A stretch of DNA of 64,000 nucleotides from Octopus vulgaris (GCA_951406725.2 OX597816.1:80166001-80230000), one strand, 5' to 3'; numbered from the stretch's first letter, positions 26,197 through 38,720 are shown. Numbers and translations: made by a program. The notes: a model not told the origin generated them from the sequence alone.

Positions 26197-26484
26197 ACGC
26201 CATATTTCGTTCTATAACTGCCATCTGTGAAGAACGCTGCATAATCGGACTGATTTGATAGCTATACACAAGCATACAATATTACTTTTCAGTCTCGTCT
26301 TTTCTTTTGTTAAAGCGGTATGGTTTTAAATTGAGAATACTTAGCTATTTCCAGCTAGCCTGCTGATCATGTTGAAGTACTCCCTGTGCTGATATAAGTA
26401 CTATCGGTGTGCTAAAGCTAAAAGTGTTCGGTATTTAAATACATAACACGTTTAGAGTTGTACATTGATAAAAAGTAGAATTTT

Positions 26485-26699
26485 GTTTTCAAATTTTGGC
26501 ACAAGATCAGCAGTTTCTGCCGGACGGGGCAAATCGATTACATCGACTCCAATGCTCAACTGGTACTTATTTTATCAAAACCCGAAAGAGGTGAAAGGCA
26601 AAGTCCACCTCGGCGGAATTCGAACTTGGAACGTAAAAACGGACAGAAGGCCGCTAAGCATTTTGCCCGGCGTGTTAACTATTCTACCAGTTCGCCGCT
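26485..26699 (-). mobile_element. SINE family B copy
   Basis: gaaaggcaaagtccacctcggcggaattcgaac..gctaagcattttgcccggcgtgttaac..ccagttcgccgc. Confidence 0.75.
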
Positions 26700-28324
26700 T
26701 TTGTAGAATATTAGAGGCAGTAAGTGCTTTATGGCTTACTATAAAAAGAAGTGTTTGTGCTGTTGCGATTGGCAGTGTTTACTGGAGTATGTATGCGGGA
26801 ATTCGTTAGGTATGACAAAATGTATTCGTTGCTTTTCTATAACACAAAGAACCCTATTGTTACACTTATTCAAGTTTGTTACAGGCGTTTCTATCGTACT
26901 TTTCTTTCTTCCTCCCGCTTCTTCATTACTTTCTGTTTTACTTTCTTTCTTTTTCTTTCTTTTTCTTTCTTTCTTCCTCTCTCTCACTCTCTCTCTCCCT
27001 CTCCCTCTCTCTCTCTTCCCGCCTCCCTTATTCCTTCCCACTTTCACTATACCGTAGTGTCAGACTGTTTTACATGCTCCAATTCACTTCACTAGAAGAA
27101 ATAATTATCAGAACTGCGATAGATCTCACTCTAGGCAAAGCATTTGTGTCTCACCTGGATAATGATACATTAAACTTGAATAATTAAATATAAGGTTTAT
27201 GGACTACTATAAATTAAAAACCAGCTCAGTGAGCTATTAAGCTGTTAAATACTTACATGAAGCTAACGCATAGATATGAAAGCAAATGGTAACACTGGTC
27301 TAAAGCACATGGTTTCCTAGATGGACTATAAGTTTTATAGATAGACTTCAAAGTTGTTTTCAGTTGTATGTTCTTGAAATATTAATCATATTTGTAATAA
27401 GTTTTTAGTTTACATATTTGCTTAGATCATTACTATTTAATCACGCCTTTTAAATTTGATTTTCTACAAGTGAATCCCAACAACGAACTATCAGAGTGAA
27501 TCTCATAAAAATATACCAAATATACTTTGATGGTTCGCGCGCGCGCGTATATGTGTGGATGTGTGTATGTGTGTGAGTGTGTGTGTATGTATAACCAGAT
27601 CAAGCAGTAGATACAATATCAAATCGGTTCTGCTTGCTGAAGTGCTGAATATGACTGGTTGAACGAAAGAGACAATCAATACTTTTGACATATTCATAAG
27701 TTGTGAAGAAATAGTATCATACTGGATGTTGTTTTAAACATTATTGAGTTTAAGGCAAGTAACAGACACAAAATTGACTAATCAACACTTCTATTTTGCA
27801 CATAGACCAGTCCTATAGTGGACTAGCTTCCAGTGGTGATGAAATAGACAGCAGTGAAGATGCAATAGGCTAACGTGCCAGACTTGTTGCAGCTTCAGTT
27901 TCTTATACCTGAAGAAAATTAAAGCAAAACTAATTAATAAGTTATCTCCGTCGAAAGAGAAGGTAGGTATTGTATCCTAATATAACGTGTGAGTACCAAT
28001 TGAATTCGACATTTCTATTTGGTAATGTGCTTTACAATGGATGGTTCTGCCGACGCAATAGCATCAGAATACAAATTTTTCAACATCCCCATTGCTGAAT
28101 CTGTACATCCGTTTTTCATTAAAATCTGTATAGAGACCATAAAGTTATTGATATGCTAATAAATTTGCTAGCAGGGCTTACAAAATGCTTTTGCTTATGG
28201 TGAAGAAATGTGGTACCATGAATCTCTATAAAAAATATTATAGACCACTTAGGTTAGTATATATTCTGTCACCAATTATATTACTAATTACCAAACGTGC
28301 ACTTTAAAATAAGTGAAGGTTATA

Positions 28325-28497
28325 GGCGTAGGAGTAGCTTTGTGGTAAGTAGCTTGCTTCCCAACCATATGGTTCCGGGTTCAGTCCCACTGCGTGGCAC
28401 CTTGCGCAAGTGTCTTCTTCTATAGCCTCGGGCCGACTAAAGCATTGTGAGTGGATTTGGTAGATGGAAACTGAAAGAAGCCCGTTGTATATATATG

Positions 28498-28574
<77 letters not shown>

Positions 28575-28778
28575 ATATGTTTGTGTGTCTGTTTGTACCT
28601 TCAACATCGCTTGACAACCGATGGTGGTGTGTTTACGTCCTCGTAACTTAGCGGTTCGGCAAAAGAGACCGATTGAATAAGTACTAGGCTTACAAGTCCT
28701 GAGGTCGATTTGCTCAACTAAAAGGCGGTGCTCCAGCATGGCCACAATCAAATGACTGAAACAAGTAAAAGAGTAAAA
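28325..28778 (+). mobile_element. SINE family A, full-length
   Basis: tRNA-like head ggcgtaggagtagctttgtggtaag..ggttccgggttcagtccc, internal TA tract, 3' end ggcggtgctccagcatggccac..actgaaacaagtaaaagag. Confidence 0.85.
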
Positions 28779-30379
28779 TAGTAAAGAGCGAGTTAACAAT
28801 GCAATAGGTTTTCACTCTGTTTTCTACATTTCTAAAATCGTGATCTTTGCTTTTCTGTTTTGTAATTACGTATACACTGTTTCTTTAGTTGCGATAATTG
28901 GCATCTTTTGCTCATTATGTCTTCTTCAGATTTTGTGATAAAAACTTGATTTCATATAACCCTGCGATTTCGATTTTCAATAAAGGACTGACTGGATGGT
29001 ATTAATATGATTTATGTACAGGGGATGTAACACAAACTATTCCAGTGGGCCAGTAGAAATACTTGTAAGAAAAAAGTCAAGGAAACTGGTGGCAGGCTAG
29101 TCCAAAAACTGAATAAAGTTAATTCCACATGATTGTGTAAGTTAGTATGTCATGAGGCGAAAATGATGCTGAAAATGCATGTAAAGTTCAATAATTCATC
29201 TTTCTCTCTCTCTCTCTGACCTCCATCTCTTTCTTTGACCTCCCTCCCTCCTTCAAACCTCCAACTCTCTCTTTAACCTTCATCTTTCTTTCACTTTCTC
29301 ATCTCCATTTCTCTCTTTCTCTCTCAGACGAAGAGTTACTCGCGAACTGATCTAGAGTTATGAACTTCTCAGTTAATAAATACGACCTCAGTTCGATCTC
29401 ACCACCTTCTAGTATACTTAATAGACAAGAACTGGATTATAATGCAGTAGTTAAAAGCGAAAATTACGTCGATTTTGCCTCTGATAATGTTTTTGTTGTT
29501 GTTCTTTTAGTTACTGTGCTTTGTTTTTCTTTTCTTATATTTTGGAATATCTTTCATGTTATGACTTTCAACAACTTTTACGATAGCACTTATTGGACAG
29601 GACAGATTACAAAGAATTCAAAAGACGAAAAACACGAAAAAAGACGACAAAGTATGAGTAGAAAAAAATGAACGAAAATATAAAATAGAAGCCAACCAAT
29701 TTACTTATAAGTAACAGATTTACTAAAGTTACACTCTAAAGAACTTTGGAATGAATGCCAGGCAACAGAAAGACAATAGAAATGAATTCTTTCTGTGAAA
29801 GAAAGAAAAAGAGCGACCGAAGTTCATTAAGTATCTTCGTACTATTCCAAAATGCCGAAAGATTATTTAGTTTGAATTTTAAAGTTTGTGGGCCTTAAAT
29901 TAGTAATTAATTTGCTCAAAATAATTCAGAATGAAGAAAAAATAAAGAAGAAAAAAAGAAGCAAACGATAAAAGTAGAAAATGATATAGCATTAGTAGTA
30001 TAACGTCTTGGTTATGGTGCTACTGGAGATGATGATGACGGTAATATATGGAAATTGATCTTATATGGTTTCTATTCCTGAAAAAATTACTGGCAAGTAG
30101 TTCTTGTAAACAATACTCGATAACATTTCATTTGCACCCAAAATAATAGGCAAACATGTTACAACTGGCTCTTTTCTTAAGAAAGATGATTTTCTTTTTT
30201 TTTTTTTTCCTGTTAACTTTAAGTCCCATTTCATCATCTACGTTTACTCCTACTACTGCTTCTAATGAGATTTCTAGTTTTGGCAAAAGGCAATACATTT
30301 TGGGGAGTGATGCAGTCGATTTAATCCATCCCAATTGAAAGCATAATTATTTTTAATAATAATAAAAATGATGATGACA

Positions 30380-30422
30380 ATATTATTATTGTTATTGTTA
30401 CTATTATTATTAATTATTATTA

Positions 30423-30485
<63 letters not shown>

Positions 30486-30561
30486 GTTATTATTATTATT
30501 ATTATTATCATTATTATTATCATTATTATTATCATTATCATCATCATCATCATCATCATCA

Positions 30562-30624
<63 letters not shown>
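30380..30624. repeat. (ATT)n/(ATC)n microsatellite
   Basis: Direct inspection. Confidence 0.95.
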
Positions 30625-30626
<2 letters not shown>

Positions 30627-31139
30627 TGTTCAGGGCCGCGCGTACATTTTCGCCTGAATGTGAGTTTTCACTGGATGACCATTTTACACTTGTTAACTTT
30701 AAAATTTTTATTGTTTCTTTTGCTTTGCATTTTCTTTGACTTTTTATAAAAAAACTATTTTGTTATGTTAAAAGTTGAAATTCATCCGACCTCACTTAAA
30801 CTTTAATTGTTACTACCACTATTACCATCGCCACCACCATCACCCCCAACACAAACGCCACCACTACTGTCATATCCATACAAAAATACAAACAGATGCA
30901 ATTCAACTAATCTGACATGAAGTGATATTCTAGGTTTTCATGTGTAATTTTAAATATTCCGCTACGAAGTTCATTTTATTATAGAATATGGTTATTTGAG
31001 TACACATTGTTTTTGCACAAGTGCCAAGCAAACTTGATCTTCACGCACCGACTCTAACTCAAAGAAGGGATATTTTTTCGAACATGTGTATTGACAAACA
31101 CTATGCAACACATCCAAATGTTTATAGATGTATATTTAA

Positions 31140-31140
31140 A

Positions 31141-31213
<73 letters not shown>

Positions 31214-31382
31214 TATCCACATATATATATCGATATATATATATATATATATACACACACACCCACACACACATATATATATATATATACACATATATAT
31301 ATACATACATACACATATATATACATGTATAAATACATATACATATACATACACACACATATATATATATATATATATACAT

Positions 31383-31423
<41 letters not shown>

Positions 31424-31630
31424 CATATATATATATATACAAACGTATACATACATATATATATATACATACATATACATACATATATCCATATATATGC
31501 ATATATATACACACATATATATATACATATATATACATACATATATACGTATATATATATGTATATACATATATACATACATACACACACACACACACAT
31601 ATATATATATACATACATATATATATATAC

Positions 31631-31666
<36 letters not shown>

Positions 31667-31770
31667 GCACATATATATATACACATATATATATATACGT
31701 GTATATACATATATATATATATATATGCACATATATATACACATATACATATATATATATACATACATAC
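31140..31770. repeat. (TA)n/(CA)n compound microsatellite
   Basis: Direct inspection. Confidence 0.95.
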
Positions 31771-31781
31771 TTAGTTCTTAC

Positions 31782-31878
31782 ATTATGACTGGGTGATAAT
31801 GCAGCTACTCAGCAACTCAAATGTGCACGTAATATACTTTGATTTTGCAAAAGCTTTTGACAAACTGGATCATGGCAA
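31782..31878 (+). mobile_element. Short CR1-group RT fragment, inverted relative to the adjacent copy
   Basis: [32 protein letters not shown]. Confidence 0.75.
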
Positions 31879-31880
31879 GA

Positions 31881-33446
31881 GGTATCGTTATTCATGTCGA
31901 TACCCAGGTCCTTTACTGATTTAGGCTCTGAGATTGTAATTCCCTGTGGACCAGTGTACCCCGTAAGTTTCAGATTCACTTTTCGATGCTGGTAGCGCAG
32001 GGTTTGGAATTATTCAGCATTAAACTGCATACTATTATCCTCAGCCCATCTGTAAATAGAGTCCAACTCCTGCTGCAGATGTGCAACATCGCTGGGGTTC
32101 TGTATTTCCTGCGAGGCTAGCGTATCGTCTGTGTAGCTTGCAAGGTTGGCTATCCAGGCACTCGATGTCATATCTGAGAGGGCCACTATAAAAAGCAGTG
32201 GTCCCAAGACAGTGCCCTGTGGAACATCACTCACTATTTATGTTTTCATTGAGGTGGCTCCATTGGCCTCTACTGCTTGACTTCTATCTTTCAGAAAGTC
32301 GTGTAACCACTCTCCAAATTTTCCAGCTATGCCGAGATCACGCAGTTTGTGGTATATCATACCATGATCTTGTTTGTTAAAAGCTTTTGCAAAATCAAAA
32401 TATGTTACGTGCATATTTGATTTGTTGAATAACTGCCTCAACACCCAGTCATAATGATGTAAGAGCTGGGTCAGGCAGTTCCTACCTGGTCGAAAGCTAT
32501 GCTAGGTATCACCCGGCTAGTTATTTTCTTCAAGGAATGCGATAGTTTCCCTCTGACTTTCCGTTCCATCACTTTGCTGATGTGTGAAGTGAGAGAGATA
32601 GGTCTATAGTTTTTGGCATCTGCTCTGCTTCCCTCTTTATGGATTGGGCATATTATTCCCTCATTCAGCTTGCTTAGCAATCTGCCATTTGCAAGAAATC
32701 TCTGGAAGAGAATCTGGAGGGGTTTTGCCAGGGCATGCTTACACGATTTGAGGAGGATTGCTGGGAAACCAGCAGTTGATTTCGTCGCTAATGTCGATGT
32801 ATGCCATCGTACCTGCCTCGCTGGTCACAGGTGAGGCGGCAAAGTAGGCCACTAGTTCGTTCACTTGTCTGAGTTCCAACGGGATGGTAAAGACACTTTT
32901 GAACTGTTCATTCAGTACCTCACTGATGCTAGCTGGACTGTCTGCGAGGGAGCCATCCTTTTGGAAGAAGGGTTATATCTTGTAGCGTAATGAGACATAT
33001 TTCTGGCATATGGCTTGCACAACAGACATGAAACATTCTAGTTTCATGTCAAAATCTGGTTTGGAGAGACAGTTCGGCCAGTCCTCTCTGAGGATCTCTT
33101 TTTGGATCGATTTCCAGTCTGTTTTGTGGAAGTTCAGATTGGAGATATTTCGGGTGCTTCCTTTAGGCTGTATGTCTCTGGTTACTTTCAGCCCAAACAT
33201 AGACAGCTCAATTATGTTGTGATCCGAGACTAATGTCGACGTCACTTTCACATCATAAATTATGTCCATATTGTTCGTGAAGCAGAGATCCAGAATGTTA
33301 TTTGCCCTAGTTGGTCTGAGTAAAGCTTGCTCCATGAATAGGGCATTGGTGAGGTTGACCAAGGACTCCACCTGTGCTTGCTTGCAATGAGTCATTCCTG
33401 ACAGCATGAGACCTTCTAGCCATTTGACGTGTGGGAAGTTGAAATC
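31881..33446 (-). mobile_element. CR1-group LINE, decayed, endonuclease + RT, internally deleted
   Basis: DFNFPH, PTRANNILDLCFTN, SDHNII (APE); NYRPISLTSHISKVMER, YFDFAKAF, VPQGTVLGPLLF, SYTDDT (RT); frameshifts. Confidence 0.9.
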
Positions 33447-33536
33447 AAAAAATTCTAGAAAAAATTCTCAGCTACCAGCGGTCTAGCGAGAAAGAAAAGA
33501 TAGTCATTTTTACAGAATGTGATGGATGTGTATAAT

Positions 33537-34033
33537 AATTTTTTGCTACCCTTATATTTATTAATTAATGATTTTTGACTAATTTTGAAATTAAATCAGC
33601 AGTTTATATTTGCTGCTGAGAAGACCGCGCGATTGCGGTAGATTTTGAAAATTTATAGCATATAGACTGGAGGCTTCCTTACCATCGCCTCGTGGATATA
33701 TACTCGTCCTTGGCTACTCTGCTGACGAGGCACGCCAGTTGTAAACAAATCTAATTTAATTTAATAAATTTGTTTGCAAAGTTTGCCGAAACTATGCATA
33801 GTCCAGAGATGAAAGGGGTAAACGTTTTTATTTCTCTTTCAATTTCAGAATTACAACTCTTAGCGGTTTGAGTTTGGCTGCTCTTTCTAGTGAGTCGAAT
33901 GTCCTATTATGGCCATTCCTTATAATTTTGAATGTATATTATATAGCCTTTGACTATCTTTTCTTTCTCGCTAGACCGCTGGTAGCGGAGAATTTTTTCT
34001 AGAATTTTTTGCTACCCTTATATTTATTAATTA
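33537..34033 (+). mobile_element. Non-coding hammerhead-bearing unit (retrozyme-like or PLE pseudo-LTR), 466-nt period with 31-bp terminal direct repeat
   Basis: 33537-33567 identical to 34003-34033; hammerhead at 33717-33808; 61-bp inverted copy of 33951-34011 at 33446-33506; no ORF in the track. Confidence 0.65.
33717..33808 (+). ncRNA. Type I hammerhead ribozyme, complete consensus
   Basis: Helix I CUCUG/CAGAG; CUGACGA (33722-33728); helix II GGCA/UGCC with extension UGUAAACAAAU/AUUUGUUUGCA; GAAA; palindromic helix III ACUA(UGCA)UAGU; GUC triplet, predicted cleavage after 33803. Confidence 0.85.
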
Positions 34034-34035
34034 TA

Positions 34036-34083
<48 letters not shown>

Positions 34084-34712
34084 GGATGTGTGTATTTTTC
34101 CCTTGCTTACAATTCACACGAAAAAAATAGGTAAACAGTTACGAGGGCAGCAAAAAACCACACAAGTAATAAGGACGTAACACCCTGTTAAACACTAGTG
34201 TTATTCAATTTCTTTTACTTCCGACATATGTTTCGAAGCCAACATTGTTATTATTCCAAATGAATAAATTGGTGTAAAACAATGTAATCTTCTCATCAGG
34301 GAAACAAACGAAACTCATCAATAGGACATTTTTACAGAATGTGATGGATGTGTATAATAATGAACGGAACGCTATTAAGTCTTTTTAAAAAAACCGTTAG
34401 AAGATATAACGCCAAAGGAAGCCTATAGAGAGAGAATGGGTAAATGAAAGAAATAAGCAGAAAACTAATAAAGGAGAAGTATAGAACGATACGTGAATTA
34501 AAATAAAAGCTTAAATGCTTGGAAAAAGATATATCTAGTGTAAGTGAAATGTAAGGAGAAAATCAATGTTCAAATTATATATAACGGTAGATATCACTTA
34601 CATGAACTACAAGTATGTTTCTGCTAATGCTTACATCGATAAACACGGTCCTTAACCGTGTTTACAAGGGGATTCTTAGAAAATGGAATAGAAAATAGTT
34701 CATTATTACAGA

Positions 34713-34713
<1 letters not shown>
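34084..34713 (-). mobile_element. Penelope-like element 3' end (copy 1)
   Basis: Minus strand NELFSISKNPLVNTVKDRVYRCKH resembles the LN..E...C.H end of PLE ORFs; downstream hammerhead; flanked by (TA)n; diverged twin at 34925-35525. Confidence 0.6.
34218..34304 (-). ncRNA. Type I hammerhead ribozyme, complete consensus
   Basis: Minus strand: UUUCC-CUGAUGA-GAAG..(ACAUUGUU/AACAAUGU)..CUUC-GAAA-CAUAUG-UC-GGAAG; palindromic helix III ACAUAUGU; cleavage-site C is at 34223. Confidence 0.85.
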
Positions 34714-34747
<34 letters not shown>

Positions 34748-34757
34748 TAAAATATAC

Positions 34758-34788
<31 letters not shown>

Positions 34789-34795
34789 CATTAAA

Positions 34796-34852
<57 letters not shown>

Positions 34853-34924
34853 TTATATATATTTACATATTAATTTATCTATCCATATATTTCTCTATAT
34901 ATATATGTATTTTTATATATAAAT

Positions 34925-35525
34925 AGATGACTGTATTTTTGCCTTGTTAACGATTAACACGGAAAAAAATAAATAAATAATTACCAGGGTAGCAAAAAAT
35001 CACACAAGTAAAGTAACTCCTTGTTTTTAAAGGTAGAAACTTCGGGTTTACGTGGAATTTTTTGTAATATATATAAATAAATAAATGGAGTTTAACGCAG
35101 GTATAAATCAAATCTTTTTACTTTCGACACATGTTTTGAAGATTTCACTGATATTATTCAAAAGAATAAATGGTATAAAACAATGCAATCTTCTGTTCAG
35201 GGAAGTGAAAAAACGAAACTCGTCAATAAGACATTTTAGCAAAAAATGATGGCTATGTATTGTGATTTACTGAACGCTGTTAATATTGTTTGAAAAAACG
35301 TTATATGATATAGCGTCAGATGTAGCTTAAAGAAAGAGTAGGGATATTAATAGTGAATGTTAAATATAAAAGAAATTAATGTTTAAATTATATATAATGA
35401 TAGAGATTACTTACATGCACTAAAGGTGTGTTTTTGCCAATGTTTACATCGGTATGCACGCTCTATAACCGTGTTTACTGGGGGATTTTTAGAAAAAATA
35501 ATGAAAAATAGTTCAGAATTACAGA
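34925..35525 (-). mobile_element. Penelope-like element 3' end (copy 2) with decayed hammerhead
   Basis: Colinear with 34084-34713; motif at 35121-35205 reads CUGAACA..CUUC-AAAA-CAUGUG-UC (G8 and G12 mutated). Confidence 0.6.
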
Positions 35526-35544
35526 GAAGACAGAATTCCTTGCC

Positions 35545-36822
35545 TTTGTCATAAGGTATCGAGATTCCTGCCTAATGGCTCACTGACTGCGGAGCCCAAA
35601 TGGATAAGTGAAGTGCTCAGTGCGCAATTCAAGAGTGTTTTCACTTCTCATCTGAGTCACATGCAGATAAAGAACCCAGCTGATTTCTTTGACAATATCA
35701 CTTAGCAGAAAAAAGACTGCATCCATTACCTACATTGACATTGACGAGGAAGATGTAATAGCAGCCATAAAGGAAATTAGCTCAAATTCGGCAACAGGCC
35801 CCGATGGTTTCCCAGCTGTCCTCCTAAAGTCATGTAAACAAGAATTAGCGGGACCGCTCCGGATATTCTTCCAGAGTTTCCTTGCAAGTGGTAAACTTCC
35901 CAAAAAGCTGAAGGAAGGCATCATATGTCTTATTTATAAAGGTGGAAGCAGAGCAGAAACTGGGAACTGCAGGCCCATCTCTCTGACTTCACATATTAGC
36001 AAAGTCATGGAACAAATTGTCAGGAGGTTGGTTGCGTTCCTAGAAGAAAATGACTTGCTGAATGAGACCCAGCATGGCTTCCGTCCAGGTAGAAGGTGCC
36101 TCACGCAGCTCTTGCAGCATTATGACTGGGTTCTGAAGAAGCTACTTGACCATTCAAATGTTGATGTGATATATCCCTACTTTGCAAGGGCCTTTGACAA
36201 AGTTGATCATGGCTTGATATGTCACAAGCTGCGAAGCCTTGGCATAGCTGGTAAATTAGGAGAGTGGCTGCATGACTTCCTGAATAGTAGAAGTCAAGCA
36301 GTTGCAGCCGATGGAAAATTATCTAGGGAAACGCAAATATTGAGCTGTGTTCCACAAGGAACTGTCCTGGGGCCACTACTGTTCATAGTAGCCCTTCTGG
36401 ACATGTCCACGGTCACTCGGACAGCCATTATCACTAGCTACGCTGATAACACAAAACTATCTCAGGCAATAAAGAATCCTGATGTTGTCAGAAGCCTACC
36501 TAAATGCAATATACAAGTCGGCAGAGTAAAATAATATGCAGTTCAATGCTAAATGCGCTACAAGGCAACAAGTGCCTCCCAACTGGCATACACAGGACCT
36601 GGAGGTACTGCAGTCCCAGAACCACAATAAGTGAGAGGCCTTGGCATCAGCATATGTAGTGATGCATCATTTCACATGCACATTGTCAAGTTGACAGCAA
36701 AGTGCAGAAAACTGGCAGGGTGGACACCGAGGACATTCAGAACAAGGGATCAAAAAGTCATGTTGACTCTATGCAAGACATTTATTGTGAGCCGCCTAGA
36801 CTATTGCTCTCAGTTGTGGTCA
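35545..36822 (+). mobile_element. CR1-group LINE RT fragment, decayed
   Basis: SATGPDGFPAVLLK, NCRPISLTSHISKVMEQ, QHGFRPGRRCLTQL, FARAFDKVDHG, VPQGTVLGPLLF, SYADNTK, LDYCSQLWS. Confidence 0.9.
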
Positions 36823-37557
36823 CTACTTAGTTGTGTCAATGCACTTAGGATGGCTTCAGCGCGAAGAAGGAAAAGTGAAGAGCAGCGTTGTGATCGGTTA
36901 CCACGTATTGCTGCGAAACGAGCCGCCCAGAGCAACGAGCAACGTTCAGCACGCCGAACAAGAAATGTTTCTTCAACTGCTGCTGCACGAGTTGCAGAGA
37001 CTGCAGCACAACGCGCAGTTCGACTTACAAGAGATACTGCAGCAATTGCTGCTGCGTGCGCTACAGAGATTACAGGGGAATGACAACAACGACTGGAGGC
37101 TACAACTCAGCGATGGGCTGTACGACGTTCCTACTCAAAGCCATGCTCCTCGCGTTAGTCAATGACAGCATTCAACTACGATCCTACAGTTGACTAGAGT
37201 AATCAACCTAAAGTTCAAATAGGTTGTATGTCCACAATCTGCAATTTTGCGGAACTAAAATGTGGCCTGGAGAAACTCCCGACATGTGCTGCTCCAACAG
37301 TAAGATTACAGTACCTCTTCTACAAAATCCTCCACCCCTTTTGACGGATCTTTTGACAGGGGCGTCTCATGACATTCTCAAGCAGTTACGTGCCTACAAA
37401 CGACTTCCTTTGGCGCCAAATCATACGAGATGGGCATTTCATGCCTTCCTTTAAAGTGCTGCCTCGCCTCAATTTCTTCAGCTCTACTTCGTGGGAGACT
37501 ACGCTGATCAGGCATACTTACCAAAGAGCCCCGGGCAACGCCGGGTACGCCTGATAG
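36823..37557 (+). mobile_element. Helitron deletion derivative (N-terminal Rep/Hel piece + 3' terminus)
   Basis: Arg/Ala-rich repeats (EQRSARR, AQRAVRL), AFNYDPTVD, MWPGETPDMCCSNSKITVPLLQNPPPLLTDLLTG, FMPSFKV; terminal hairpin CCCGGGCAACGCCGGG followed by CTGATAG|T (decayed CTAG). Confidence 0.8.
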
Positions 37558-38229
37558 TATATGTGTGTATGTGTGCGCGCGCGTGTGAGCGACGTAGTTT
37601 CCACCTACTAAATTTAGTCACAAGGTATTGGTCGGCCTGAAGCTATGGCTGTAAACACCTACCCAAGGTGCCGCACAGTGGAACTGAAAGCGAAACTGCA
37701 AGGCGAACTTCTTAACCGCTCAGTCACAGTTAACAGTTAACTCGGTAATATCAACATTCGAATTTTCAGTGCTTTAGATTTTATAATAATTATAGTTATT
37801 ATGATTTTATTATTATAATTTTATACTAATTATAGAGTTTATAATAATAGTAGTTAATGATCCCATTTCTATGAATAACCAACGTGTCAAAACTAACTTT
37901 GGAAACCAAAATCAATTAATATATTTATAATCCTATTAAATCTACCATATTTGATTTAAATGCAACCCCACTGTTAAAACTAACTGTAATTTTTAAAATT
38001 CACTATTTTAAATTCTCAAAATTTGTATCACAGCCTGTTTAATAAAACTGCTATAAAATATACTGAATGTAAAAATTCAAATTTTGATACTACCCACTTA
38101 AATTGTATATAATTCTTTATAAAGTACAATTTAAGCTTTTATGCTTGTTCTGTTGGCCCCGTATTTATTTTCTCACCAAAATACGCCTACAATAGACCTA
38201 GAATAGTCACACCCCATTTAAAGTTAGAA

Positions 38230-38720
38230 TTGTAAACTAATGACCTTGACCATAACAGCTAAATATAATCCATCTTTCTATTCCGTAGCAGTATACCATC
38301 CCACTGACGCCATATTTAGCATTATTTCCTCTTATCTCCTTTCCTCTGCTCCTCCCTACTCGCTTCTTTATCTGTCTTCCAATTTTCCCTATTTATCTTG
38401 TTATTCCAAAACATCAATTTCTATTTTGTGTCACTATTCTCTTTATAATCTTCATATTCTCTTCCGCTACTCTCTGTTGTTTTGATCAATTCCACACCTC
38501 AGTACTGCTAATTTTCTAAATTTATTTTAAAGTCCTCAACGTAACCCAAATTTACTAGTAATACTTTTACTGTTATAACCTCCATCCTCTCACTCCTTAC
38601 TCTAAGTGACTCTATTAACATGCAGCATCCTTTCCATATATTTACTTGTTGGTAAGTTTCACATATCAAAGTACACAGCCGGTTTGTTAGGGGTAAAAAA
38701 ATAGATATTGCTATGCACAC
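38230..38720 (-). mobile_element. Possible old Penelope-like 3' remnant
   Basis: PLTNRLCTLICETY..LRVRSE weakly resembles the CxLCxxE..LNxRSE end of PLE ORFs. Confidence 0.3.
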
